Below, one piece after another: positions 53,460 through 64,000 of a stretch of 64,000 nucleotides of DNA. Under the pieces are notes generated by a model that was not told where the DNA came from, did no database searches, and worked only from the letters and a program-made list of their open reading frames with translations. Location of the stretch: positions 20,646,001 through 20,710,000 of the forward strand of contig OZ024761.1 in the NCBI GenBank assembly GCA_964016885.1, given 5' to 3'. The DNA is from Eledone cirrhosa. Lineage: Eukaryota. Position numbers and translations under genes: made by a program. Position 1 is the stretch's first letter. Every line of letters begins with the position of its first letter.

Positions 53460-53648
53460 CTATTCAATGTGGCCAGCATCTTTTATGGTGATATAACGAG
53501 ACAGGACAAAGACACTGGCAATGGTGAACAATACAAAGAAGATGAAGAAGATATAGAAAGTCTCTTCATCAAAGACGTCTGTAAATGCTGGAATCAGGGA
53601 AGATAGTTTGTTGACAAGTTTCTTCTCTACGGACAATTTTGGCAACAT
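53460..53648 (-). CDS. 62-aa single-pass membrane microprotein of unknown function
   Basis: MLPKLSVEKKLVNKLSSLIPAFTDVFDEETFYIFFIFFVLFTIASVFVLSRYITIKDAGHIE-TAG; AAAATG context, in-frame upstream TAA, acceptor CGTAG|A just upstream (exon start 53669); unique, non-repetitive sequence with one TM helix. Confidence 0.75.
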   Translation of the reverse strand: MLPKLSVEKKLVNKLSSLIPAFTDVFDEETFYIFFIFFVLFTIASVFVLSRYITIKDAGHIE

Positions 53649-53684
53649 TTTCGCCACCAGAGTTTATCTCTACGTTAGGTCACA

Positions 53685-53860
53685 AGACAGGGGTCAATAT
53701 ATACACAGACAGGGGTCAATATATACACAGACAGCAGTCAATATATACAAAGACAGCAGTCAATATATACAAAGACAGCAGTCAATATATACACAGACAG
53801 CAGTCAATATATATACAGACAGCAGTCAATATATACACAGATAGCAGTCAATATATACAC
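53685..53860. repeat. 21-23-bp minisatellite in the putative intron
   Basis: AGACAGCAGTCAATATATAC(AC) about 8 times. Confidence 0.9.
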
Positions 53861-53910
53861 ACTGGATATATGTATAACACCTGTGATGAATAGAAAACCT
53901 GAAATCTCAC

Positions 53911-54006
53911 GCGATATGAGTCGGTATGTGTATATATATGTGTATATATGTGTTTTGTAGCACTGTTTTGGTCAACAAACTCCTTAATTCGGAATCCTTT
54001 CTGCAA
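53911..54006 (-). other. Putative 5' UTR exon 2 of the microprotein gene
   Basis: Strong acceptor TTTTATTTTTTTTCCAG|, donor CGC|GTGAGA. Confidence 0.45.
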
Positions 54007-54041
54007 CTGGAAAAAAAATAAAATAAAATATAAATATTCGT

Positions 54042-54680
54042 TTCTGATTTAGACACAAAGGCAACAATTTTGGGGGAGGGGAAAGTCAATTAAATCGACC
54101 CCCAGTGTATTACTGGTACTTTATTTTATTGACCCCGTAAGGATGAAAGACAAAGCTAACCTCGGCAGGATTTGAACTCAAAACATAAAGAGCAATAACT
54201 CTATGCCGTGAAGCAGGCTGTTCGACACTCTACCGATTCTGCCAATTCACCAGCCATAAGACACTTTATGTACCCTTGTTTAATACCCTTGTGACAAATA
54301 AAACAAACAACAACAACGTTTCTACTTTTGACAAGGCCAGCAATTACCTCAGTACATTACTGGTATTTTATTTTATCAACCCAGTAAGGATGAAAGACAA
54401 AGCTAACCTCAGCGGATTCTGATTTAGGAATAAGGCTAACAATTTGGGAAGGGGTAAGTCAATTAAATCGACCCCAGTGTCTTACTGGTATTTTATTTCA
54501 TCGACCCCATAAGGCAAAGCTAATCTCCTAATCTAGGCCCAAGAGAAAGAAAATTTAGGGTAACGGCAAAACTGATTAAATCAAAACCCCAGTATACATG
54601 GCTGGTATTTTATTTCTTATCAATCCCTTCAGTGAAGGATGAAAGTCAAAGTTGACCTCAGCAGGATTTGAACTCAGGGT
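54042..54680 (-). mobile_element. Cluster of about 4 family-1 SINE copies or fragments
   Basis: Repeated GGATGAAAG.CAAAG.TAACCTC..CAGGATTTGAACTC. Confidence 0.8.
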
Positions 54681-54739
54681 CAGACGAAATGTTTCAACCC
54701 CTTTTGTTTGAGGCTCAATCGAGTCTGTTAAGCTGCTGT

Positions 54740-54985
54740 CCACAGTAAATAAGGTACTCAATACATTAGTAGTGTGAAAACAACAAAATTTAATATAGAA
54801 ATGGCTTCTACAGTACTAGAACTGTTTCATTTGTATGAAATCATCAGGAATGAGATGATTTCATACGAATGAAACAGTACTTGTACTGTAGAAGTCATTT
54901 CTATTTTAAACACAATGTTTACACTCTACTAATGTATTGAGTACCTTACTTACTGTGGTTACCTCCGATTCAACCTGACACACAC
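54740..54985. mobile_element. Family-A fold-back element (palindrome 54740-54958) with near-complete hammerhead on the minus strand
   Basis: Minus strand CTGATGA(54847-54841)-TTTCATACAAAT-GAAAC-AGTT-CTA; tail runs into (CA)n. Confidence 0.85.
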
Positions 54986-55466
54986 ATTCATTCATTCATT
55001 TCATTTTACATCAGCTTTTTCCCTGCTTGCAAGGGTGGAACGGGAACTGACTCTGGCTTCATTTCTACAGCTAGATGCCCTTCCTAACACCAACCTCATT
55101 TACAGTGAGTGCTGGGTGCTTTTTTGCCGTGGCACCTCCACGACCACTTTGCAGTGGAATGATATGGACCCCAGTCCCTATCATCTCATTTCTACAGCTG
55201 AGTAAACTGGAGCAATGTGAAATAAAGTGTCTTGCTCAAGGAAACAACACATCACCCGGTCTGAGAATTGAACTCACAACCTTTCGATTGCAAGGCCAAT
55301 GCTCTAACCACTAAGCCATGTACCTCCATATATATACACAGATAAATCTACCAATCAAGGTGTAAACCGTATGAAGAACTCAATGTAATCCGTATGTAGA
55401 TGTCGTGAAGCGAAGTTTAAAATACAAAATTTTCAACGATATAATTCATTGGATAGAGTCAAAAAT

Positions 55467-55841
55467 AGAAATATTAAAACAATGAAATTAAACAAAAAAC
55501 GGTTAATTCATAGTAAAACTCATTATTTTACGATCGTTTCTGGGGGGTAGTTCCCCGTATGTCCAATCTATTATTGATCTATGTAAAATATATTACAAAA
55601 TATCATAGTAAGAAAATATACATACGCCTTCACTACCCGCCGTCTTCAGAAATAATTTCTAAAGACGGCGCTTAGTGAAGACGTATGTATATTTTCTTAC
55701 TATGATATTTTGTAATATATTTTACATAGATCAATAATAAATTGGACATACGGGGAACTACCCCCCAGAAACGATCGTAAAATAATGAGTTTTACTATGA
55801 ATTAACCGTTTTTTGTCTAATTTCATTGTTTTAATATTTCT
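55467..55841. mobile_element. 375-bp near-perfect palindrome centred beside an HHR-like core
   Basis: Centre 55654 (TCTTCAGAAAT-A-ATTTCTAAAGA); arms read CT(G/A)AAGA-11 nt-GAAG(A/G)C-GTAT-GTA; ends in (CT)n(TA)n. Confidence 0.9.
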
Positions 55842-56257
55842 CTCTCTCTCTCTATATATATATATACACACACACAACATATGGGACGACATGTTTATAT
55901 ATATATGTATATTTATTTATTACTAAGCAGAAACACGACAATCACTGCACACCTGCAATTAGTGCCTAGCAAATCGTAATTATTACAGTAAACAAATTAA
56001 AAAAAAATTATAAAAAAGATACAGAAACTAATTATATATACATACATACACATATATAATCTCTATATATACATACACATATATAATCAAAGCGGATCTT
56101 GTCTGCTGTGATGTGGAGGTTTCCACTTATATTGTTTATTTTTAAGACAATCAGATACGATTTACCAGATTCAACTGTTGTCTTTAGTATATCGAGTGAC
56201 TTATTTTAGAGGCTGTCTCGTTAAGACGACAAATATAGTTTCGTGTAGAAAAGAGAC

Positions 56258-56310
<53 letters not shown>

Positions 56311-56313
56311 ACA

Positions 56314-56510
56314 CGAGGATCGGGCTCAAAAGATCACAGGCTGGCTATGAAGGAGTGATGCTAGAGCTGTGAAATCTTGCATGCCATTAATTTCAACTCC
56401 TCTTAATAATATTAATAATAATAACTGCATTTTTTCTTTCCAGGGTCTATATTAAAATATAAATAAACCTCATTTGGTCATTCCATGAGAGTATCTTGGT
56501 CAGATCCTCG
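56314..56510. mobile_element. Mariner-type MITE
   Basis: Ends CGAGGATC... / ...GATCCTCG-TA within TA-rich sequence. Confidence 0.5.
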
Positions 56511-56524
56511 TATGTTTATCATCA

Positions 56525-56561
<37 letters not shown>

Positions 56562-56653
56562 CTGTTGTTGTTTTACAAGAAAACGTTTTATCAACATAAT
56601 TAAATAGATTATTTATATTTGAAAATATAAAAAATTAAGCCCAAATATCTTAC

Positions 56654-56671
56654 CGAGAAGATATATAATAG

Positions 56672-56704
<33 letters not shown>

Positions 56705-56870
56705 TTATATTATATATCAGTAGAAGGTGTTAGATGAGATGAGAAATGCTGCAACCATGGAAGGCAAACACGATCGCTAAAAATGGCGGATATCAACAAG
56801 GGAAGCAACTCTAAACAGGGTTTATCTCCCTTAGTTTTCTGTCTTACGCCATTGCCGTCACCGCTTTCAA
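56654..56870 (-). promoter_or_regulatory. Promoter and first non-coding exon of the microprotein gene
   Basis: YY1-type CCGCCATTTT (56780-56789), local CpG enrichment, donor TCG|GTAAGA after 56654 on minus. Confidence 0.55.
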
Positions 56871-57096
56871 TTTTTACGAATTTTCTTTCTCTAATACTAG
56901 AGGACCCGTGCTGTCAATAATAATGAGGGGTTTTTTTAATGATAGGGGCCGGAGGATTGGTACACCATATATACTAGGTTTAGTGGATATATGAACAGAC
57001 ATACAAACTTGGAAATGTGTGTTTTTGATAAATTTGTGGTTCGTATAAAAGAACCCTCATAGTTTGTTGATTCCTGACACATGAAATACCATATAT

Positions 57097-58310
57097 AATA
57101 ATAATAATAATGAAATTATTGTGTACAGTGCTCAGGTGCACTACAACTCATCAAAGGTGCATGTATAGTACATAGAATAATATACAGATGTCAGGGAAGT
57201 GAATAGTGTATGAGTCATGATATACATGTGTGTGTGTGTATGGAGGGGGAACATTAGGTGTAGTGTTGGCGAATTTCAGGAAGCATGGAGGTTTTAAAGG
57301 ATGCAGTGTCTCTACAGCTAACAACTGATGCAGGTAGTTTGTTCCATGGAGGTTTTAAAGGATGCAGTGTCTCTACAGCTAACAACTGATGCAGGTAGTT
57401 TGTTCCATGGAGGTTTTAAAGGATGCAGTGTCTCTACAGCTAACAACTGATGCAGGTAGTTTGTTCCATGGAGGTTTTAAAGGATGCAGTGTCTCTACAG
57501 CTAACAACTGATGCAGGTAGTTTGTTCCATGGAGGTTTTAAAGGATGCAGTGTCTCTACAGCTAACAACTGATGCAGGTAGTTTGTTCCATGGAGGTTTT
57601 AAAGGATGCAGTGTCTCGACAGCTAACAACTGATGCAGGTAGTTTGTTCCATGGAGGTTTTAAAGGATGCAGTGTCTCGACAGCTAACAACTGATGCAGG
57701 AAGTTTGTTCCATGGAGGTTTTAAAGGATGCAGTGTCTCGACAGCTAACAACTGATGCAGGTAGCTTGTTCCATGGAGGTTTTAAAGGATGCAGTGTCTC
57801 GACAGCTAACAACTGATGCAGGTAGCTTGTTCCATGGAGGTTTTAAAGGATGCAGTGTCTCGACAGCTAACAACTGATGCTGGTAGTTTGTTCCATGGAG
57901 GTTTTAAAGGATGCAGTGTCTCGACAGCTAACAACTGATGCAGGAAGTTTGTTCCATGGAGGTTTTAAAGGATGCAGTGTCTCGACAGCTAACAACTGAT
58001 GCAGGTAGCTTGTTCCATGGAGGTTTTAAAGGATGCAGTGTCTCGACAGCTAACAACTGATGCAGGTAGCTTGTTCCATGGAGGTTTTAAAGGATGCAGT
58101 GTCTCGACAGCTAACAACTGATGCAGGTAGCTTGTTCCATGGAGGTTTTAAAGGATGCAGTGTCTCGACAGCTAACAACTGATGCAGGAAGTTTGTTCCA
58201 TGGAGGTTTTAAAGGATGCAGTGTCTCGACAGCTAACAACTGATGCAGGTAGCTTGTTCCATGGAGGTTTTAAAGGATGCAGTGTCTCGACAGGTAACAA
58301 CTGAGGCAAG
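57097..58310 (-). mobile_element. CR1-like LINE 3' end with 61-bp array (16 full units plus one partial, from 57284)
   Basis: Same element and same unit as 26428-27300. Confidence 0.85.
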
Positions 58311-59964
58311 TATACCAGGATTACTAGAAATATGAACTCTCATAAAAAATTGGAAATTTGTGGTTTATATAAGAGAAACCCTATAGTTTAAGTTGGTGAT
58401 TATCCCTGGTTTTAAGTGACTCAGAGTAGAAAACTTCCTCCTTGGATAGGACACCAGTCCATCACAGAGTTAACTCCCAGATGTCATACATGTATGACAG
58501 CTGAGTGTACTGGAATAACATGAAATGAAGTGTTTTGTTTAAGAATACAAGACAGCAGCTGGTCCAGGGATTGAACCCATGATATTATGATAGTATGGAC
58601 CAACACACAAACCATTAGGCCACAAGCCTTCACATTTAGTAACAACACAACGCAACAAATAAATTTAAAAAATTAACACTCAAGAAATTGTTTCATCATT
58701 TATTTTCTAAAAATATATTTATAAATACTAATATAAAATGCTGCTTTTGTTGAAATATGGAGGATACAGAAGTGGAGATAATATGGAGAAAACAAACTGA
58801 AACATTGATAAAGAAATGTAAAAGTCCCAAACGTTGAAACTAACAGTAATAGTAGACAATCCCTATAAATAATAGTTGAGAAAATTGAGTAAATAATTCA
58901 TGGAGAGTGGAAAAAGAAAAAAAGTGGACAGAAGTGTTTTCCTCGTAGCCACCTCTGTATGGTTTAATTTCGTCTCTAGGGGTAATTTTTTTCTATATCT
59001 CTTTCTTACTTCTTTCTGTTGCTCTCTATCTTTCTCTGGAAGAAATCCGCTGTGTTCAGACCTAGAGAGAGGAAGGTGGGCTCCACCATGTTTTAAAATA
59101 CTCTAGAAACACTGTATGTTAATATCGCACCCCTACGACTACCTCGGGAGTTACGGGATCATACCATATATATCTTTTTCATTTCCATTCACTAATTCTT
59201 TATCCTTTTCTGGAAGAAATCTGCTGTGTTCAGACCTGGAGAGAGGAAGATGGGCTTCACCAGGATTTTTAAAAGTGACCCTAAGAAAGGCTGTATGCCA
59301 ACATGGCACCCCTACGATGTCATTAGGGTTCATACCCTACCATACAAAGGGTATTTTACTCAATTTTATCAACTATTATCTATAAAGATTGGCTATTATA
59401 ACAGTTATTTTCTGCGTTTGGAACTGTCACATTTTCTAATTTCAAACACTCTCAGCGTTTCGATAATGTGTAAGATTATTGAGCGAATATTTTCAGGTTT
59501 TTGAGATATGAAATGGTGAAGTTAAAGTGAGAGACAAAATATGGAATAAATTATTTTGGTATAAAAATATAAAACAGTATAAAAATCTATGAAATGTTCT
59601 CAAAATCAACTAAAATGTTCTCAAAATCAACTAAAGATACATAAACTATGGATACAAAAATAGAAATATGAATAGAAAACAGTAATGTGAATTTAAAAAA
59701 AAAAGACAGAAATGCGACAGAAAACTAACGTGAATAAAAAAAAAAACAGAAATACGTACAGAAAACAGTAATGCAAATAATAAAAAAAACTAATGCGAAC
59801 AGAAAACTAATGTGAATTTTAAAAAAAACAGTAATACGAACAGAAAACAGTATGTGAATAAAAAAAAACATAAATATGAATAGAAAAAACAACAGAAATA
59901 TGAAAAGAAAACATAAAACAGAAATATGAATCCGGAACAGAAATGATTAAAAAAAGACAATAAT

Positions 59965-60008
59965 TCAGCAACTGTCTGATAAATATGTTGCAGGACATTT
60001 ATCACAAC
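59965..60008 (-). CDS. Putative terminal coding exon of an unidentified gene
   Basis: Acceptor TTTTTCTATATTTCAG|GT; (G)CDKCPATYLSDSC-TGA in phase with exon 62940-63006; U-rich downstream region and AATAAA at 58704-58699. Confidence 0.4.
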
Positions 60009-60415
60009 CTGAAATATAGAAAAATATAGGAGAGTTAAATTTATGTCACAGTTTGACATCTGTGGATGTAAATATATATATCATTACCACCGTTTTCTAC
60101 ACTTAATATATATATATATATATATTAACATCCAGTCCAAAATAATGAGGTTGTGTAGGTCTCACGACAAAAAACACAGTCCACGCTGTAATGTGGCCGT
60201 GTAGGTAACACGGTAAAAAGCTCCCAGTCCACACAGTAAATGTAGATGGTGTTAGGAAGGGCATCCAGCCGTAGAAAACCAGCCACATACAGTCCTATAC
60301 AAGCGAGATACGGTCACCCGACCAATCTTGCCTCAAGTGGGACAATTCCCGTCTAAACCCATGCTAGCGTGGAAGATAGACGTTAAATGATGATGATGAT
60401 CATCATCATCATGAT

Positions 60416-62450
60416 ATTGAGAGATCACAGCTCTGATACTACAGACATGTGGTTAGAATGTTTGAGGAAAGAATCTCTGAATTGAGAGATCACAGCTCTG
60501 ATACTACAGACATGTGGTTAGAATGTCTTGGGAAAGAATCTCTAAATTGAGAGATCACAGCTCTGATACTACAGGCATGTGGTTAGAATGTCTGAGGAAA
60601 GAATCTCTAAATTGAGAGATCACAGCTCTGATACTATGGACATGTGGTTAGAATGTCTTGGGAAAGAATCTCCAGATTGAGAGATCACAGCTCTGATACT
60701 ACAGACATGGGGTTAGAATGTCTTGGGAAAGAATCTCCAGATTGAGAGATCACAGCTCTGATACTACAGACATGTGGTTAGAATGTCTGAGGAAAGAATC
60801 TCTAAATTGAGAGATCACAGCTCTGATACTACAGACATGTGGTTAGAATGTCTTGGGAAAGAATCTCTGAATTGAGAGATCACAGCTCTGATACTACAGA
60901 CATGTGGTTAGAATGTCTGAGGAAAGAATCTCTGAATTGAGAGATCACAGCTCTGATACTACAGGCATGTGGTTAGAATGTCTGGGGAAAGAATCTCTGA
61001 ATTGAGAGATCACAGCTCTGATACTACAGGCATGTGGTTAGAATGTCTGAGGAAAGAATCTCTAAATTGAGAGATCACAGCTCTGATACTACAGACATGT
61101 GGTTAGAATGTCTTGGGAAAGAATCTCCAGATTGAGAGATCACAGCTCTGATACTACAGACATGTGGTTAGAATGTCTCAGGAAAGAATCTCTGGGTTGA
61201 GAGATCACAGCTCTGATACTACAGGCATGTGGTTAGAATGTCTGAGGAAAGAATCTCTAAATTGAGAGATCACAGCTCTGATACTACAGACATGTGGTTA
61301 GAATGTCTTGGGAAAGAATCTCCAGATTGAGAGATCACAGCTCTGATACTACAGACATGTGGTTAGAATGTCTGAGGAAAGAATCTCTGAATTGAGAGAT
61401 CACAGCTCTGATACTACAGACATGTGGTTAGAATGTCTCAGGAAAGAATCTCTGAATTGAGAGATCACAGCTCTGATACTACAGACATGTGGTTAGAATG
61501 TCTTGGGAAAGAATCTCCAGATTGAGAGATCACAGCTCTGATACTACAGACATGTGGTTAGAATGTCTGAGGAAAGAATCTCTGAATTGAGAGATCACAG
61601 CTCTGATACTACAGACATGGGGTTAGAATGTCTCAGGAAAGAATCTCTGAATTGAGAGATCACAGCTCTGATACTACAGATATGTGGTTAGAATGTCTCA
61701 GGAAAGAATCTCTGAATTGAGAGATCACAGCTCTGATACTACAGACATGTGGTTAGAATGTCTGAGGAAAGAATCTCTGAATTGAGAGATCACAGCTCTA
61801 ATACTACAGACATGTGGTTAGAATGTCTGAGGAAAGAATCTCTGAATTGAGAGATCACAGCTCTAATACTACAGACATGTGGTTAGAATGTCTGAGGAAA
61901 GAATCTCTGAATTGAGAGATCACAGCTCTGATACTACAGACATGTGGTTAGAATGTCTGAGGAAAGAATCTCTGAATTGAGAGATCACAGCTCTGATACT
62001 ACAGACATGTGGTTAGAATGTCTGAGGAAAGAATCTCTGAATTGAGAGATCACAGCTCTGATACTACAGACATGTGGTTAGAATGTCTGAGGAAAGAATC
62101 TCTGAATTGAGAGATCACAGCTCTGATACTACAGACATGTGGTTAGAATGTCTGAGGAAAGAATCTCTGAATTGAGAGATCACAGCTCTGATACTACAGA
62201 CATGTGGTTAGAATGTCTCAGGAAAGAATCGCTGGACAGATTTTATTATGAGAAAAATCAACCTGCAGGAGACCCAGGGGTACACCCTGAGCAAGATGGT
62301 TGGATAACATCCATGAGCTTGGCTGATCTCGCTTGGGGATCCAGCCAGATCAGTTGGAGACAGTTGCTTCTGACAGGACCTACTGGGAGGAGTATTTGAG
62401 GACTGCCTCCACGACCTTGTCAGGAATAAGTGAGTAAAGAATAAGAAGAA
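60416..62450 (+). mobile_element. RTE LINE 3' fragment whose 65-bp segment is amplified about 28 times (60416-62230)
   Basis: Unit TGAGAGATCACAGCTCTGATACTACAGACATGTGGTTAGAATGTCTGAGGAAAGAATCTCTGAAT; continues into RRPRG.P..RWLDNI-type RTE sequence. Confidence 0.88.
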
Positions 62451-62939
62451 GGTCAGTTGTACAGTCTGAGGACACCTGAGGTCTTGATGGTGACCCCAGT
62501 GCAAAGAGGAAGTGGCTGACCAAGCCCAGATAATTTCTTATCTTCCTGTCCTCTACACCTGTGTTTGCCACAAGGTTAAAATGGGCCATGGCGTATTTCA
62601 GGTGGGCCACAGAAATTTTATAATTTTTACTGAGTCACTGGTTTAATATAGGGTCCACAGCTTATTAGGGCTTTTACTAACTACTATTCCATAAATTAAT
62701 GAAATTAGATGCTTGTGAAATTGAGTGTGTGTCCCCAATAAATAGACATAGTTGTATCTTTATTGGATATATTCTATGGAAAATGGAAGTTATTTTGTTA
62801 CACTATAATAATTTCATGGGCCACAGAAAAATTCTGGGTTCAAAGTGGGCCATGAGCTAAAATAAGGTTGTGAACCACTGGTCTACATTACAGGCCACAT
62901 TACTGAAGTTGGAATGGATAGACCAGAACTAATTCTCAC

Positions 62940-63006
62940 CTTCACAATCACAACTTCCCCACGATCCAGAGAAACGTTTACTAAAGCTGTACATTTTCAG
63001 TCTCGT
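62940..63006 (-). CDS. Putative penultimate exon of the unidentified gene
   Basis: Acceptor TTTTGTTTTGTTTCAG|, donor AAG|GTGAGA; TRLKMYSFSKRFSGSWGSCDCE. Confidence 0.45.
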
Positions 63007-63227
63007 CTGAAACAAAACAAAAAATAAACATTGAAAGAAATAAAAAACAGAAAACAACAAAACATTAACCCTTTAGCATTTAAACCGGCCGTATCTAGCC
63101 AGAATTATTTCACCTCTTTCTGTTCAAACTGGATGTAACTGGCTACTCATACTGATGTTAAGTTATTGTTATCAAAAATAAATAACATCAAAATCTCATA
63201 GATTCGATATTATGTGAGATTACCATG

Positions 63228-63838
63228 ACAATACAATAGTATATATAGAGTAATGTAAATGTTATGTGAGATATTATGTGAGGTAAAGCCTTTACTGTGA
63301 AAATACAATAGTATATATAGAGTAATGTAAATGTTATGTGAGATATTATGTGAGGTAAAGCCTTTACTGTGAAAATACAATAGTATATATAGAGTAATGT
63401 AAATGTTATGTGAGATATTATGTGAGGTAAAGTCTTTACTGTGAAAATACAATAGTATATATAGAGTAATGTAAATATTATGTGAGATATTATGTGAGGT
63501 AAAGCCTTTACTGTGAAAATACAATAGTATATATAGAGTAATGTAAATGTTATGTGAGATATTATGTGAGGTAAAGCCTTTACTGTCAAAATACAATAGT
63601 ATATATAGAGTAATGTAAATGGTATGTGAGATATTATGTGAGGTAAAGACTTTACTGTGAAAATACAATAGTATATATAGAGTAATGTAAATGGTATGTG
63701 AGATATTATGTGAGGTAAAGACTTTACTGTGAAAATACAATAGTATATATAGAGTAATGTAAATGTTATGTGAGATATTATGTGAGGTAAAGCCTTTACT
63801 GTGAAAATACAATAGTATATATAGAGTAATGTAAATGG
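63228..63838. repeat. 72-bp minisatellite, about 8.5 copies
   Basis: GAGTAATGTAAAT at 63248, 63320...; produces the 24-aa repeats in the ORF track. Confidence 0.93.
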
Positions 63839-64000
63839 TAAAGGTTGATTGTTTCTGGTTTGTAGGGAAATTTAGTATCTTTTTCTGTCCCCTTTCCATG
63901 AGGTGGGGTTGTCACAGTCCAAGAGTAAATACAGGGTGTTCCTAAAAATTGTATACACATATTGATTACCTGTACAAACAATATTTATCAGAATGCTATT

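Noticed and set aside
57284-62230. 61- and 65-bp arrays as CRISPR-like loci
   Set aside because: No unique spacers, eukaryotic context, units are LINE fragments
63188-63899. 229-aa and 133-aa repeat ORFs
   Set aside because: Products of the 72-bp minisatellite; no protein-like features
63811-63941. Possible further exon (GTPCIYSWTVTTPPHGKG...) of the minus-strand gene
   Set aside because: Its acceptor overlaps a Tc1-like end (TACAGGGTGTTCCTAAAAA), and the only in-frame donor (GTATTT) is weak; left uncalled

Overview
Eukaryotic, AT-rich, microsatellite-dense DNA. The repeat families look like those of an octopod cephalopod (inference). Bases 1-7032 (+) hold the last coding exons of a kinesin-3 gene (unc-104/KIF1A), including the C-terminal PH domain and stop codon, plus a candidate 48-nt cassette exon. 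About 19 kb of exon-free sequence follows. Bases 28.8-43.9 kb are a ~202/222-bp satellite with a ~3.8-kb higher-order repeat, a 200-N gap and two orientation switches, abutting a 71-bp satellite. The right part carries a probable 62-aa single-pass membrane microprotein gene (-) with its promoter, and possible last exons of another (-) gene. The most striking hidden signal is a set of Penelope-type minimal hammerhead-ribozyme (HHR) motifs. One has an intact core in sense orientation in a KIF1A intron. Most others lie in long fold-back palindromes that turn at the ribozyme core and sit in (TA)n/(CA)n tracts, and one family appears to have seeded the 71-bp satellite. Repeat boundaries are approximate, read by eye.
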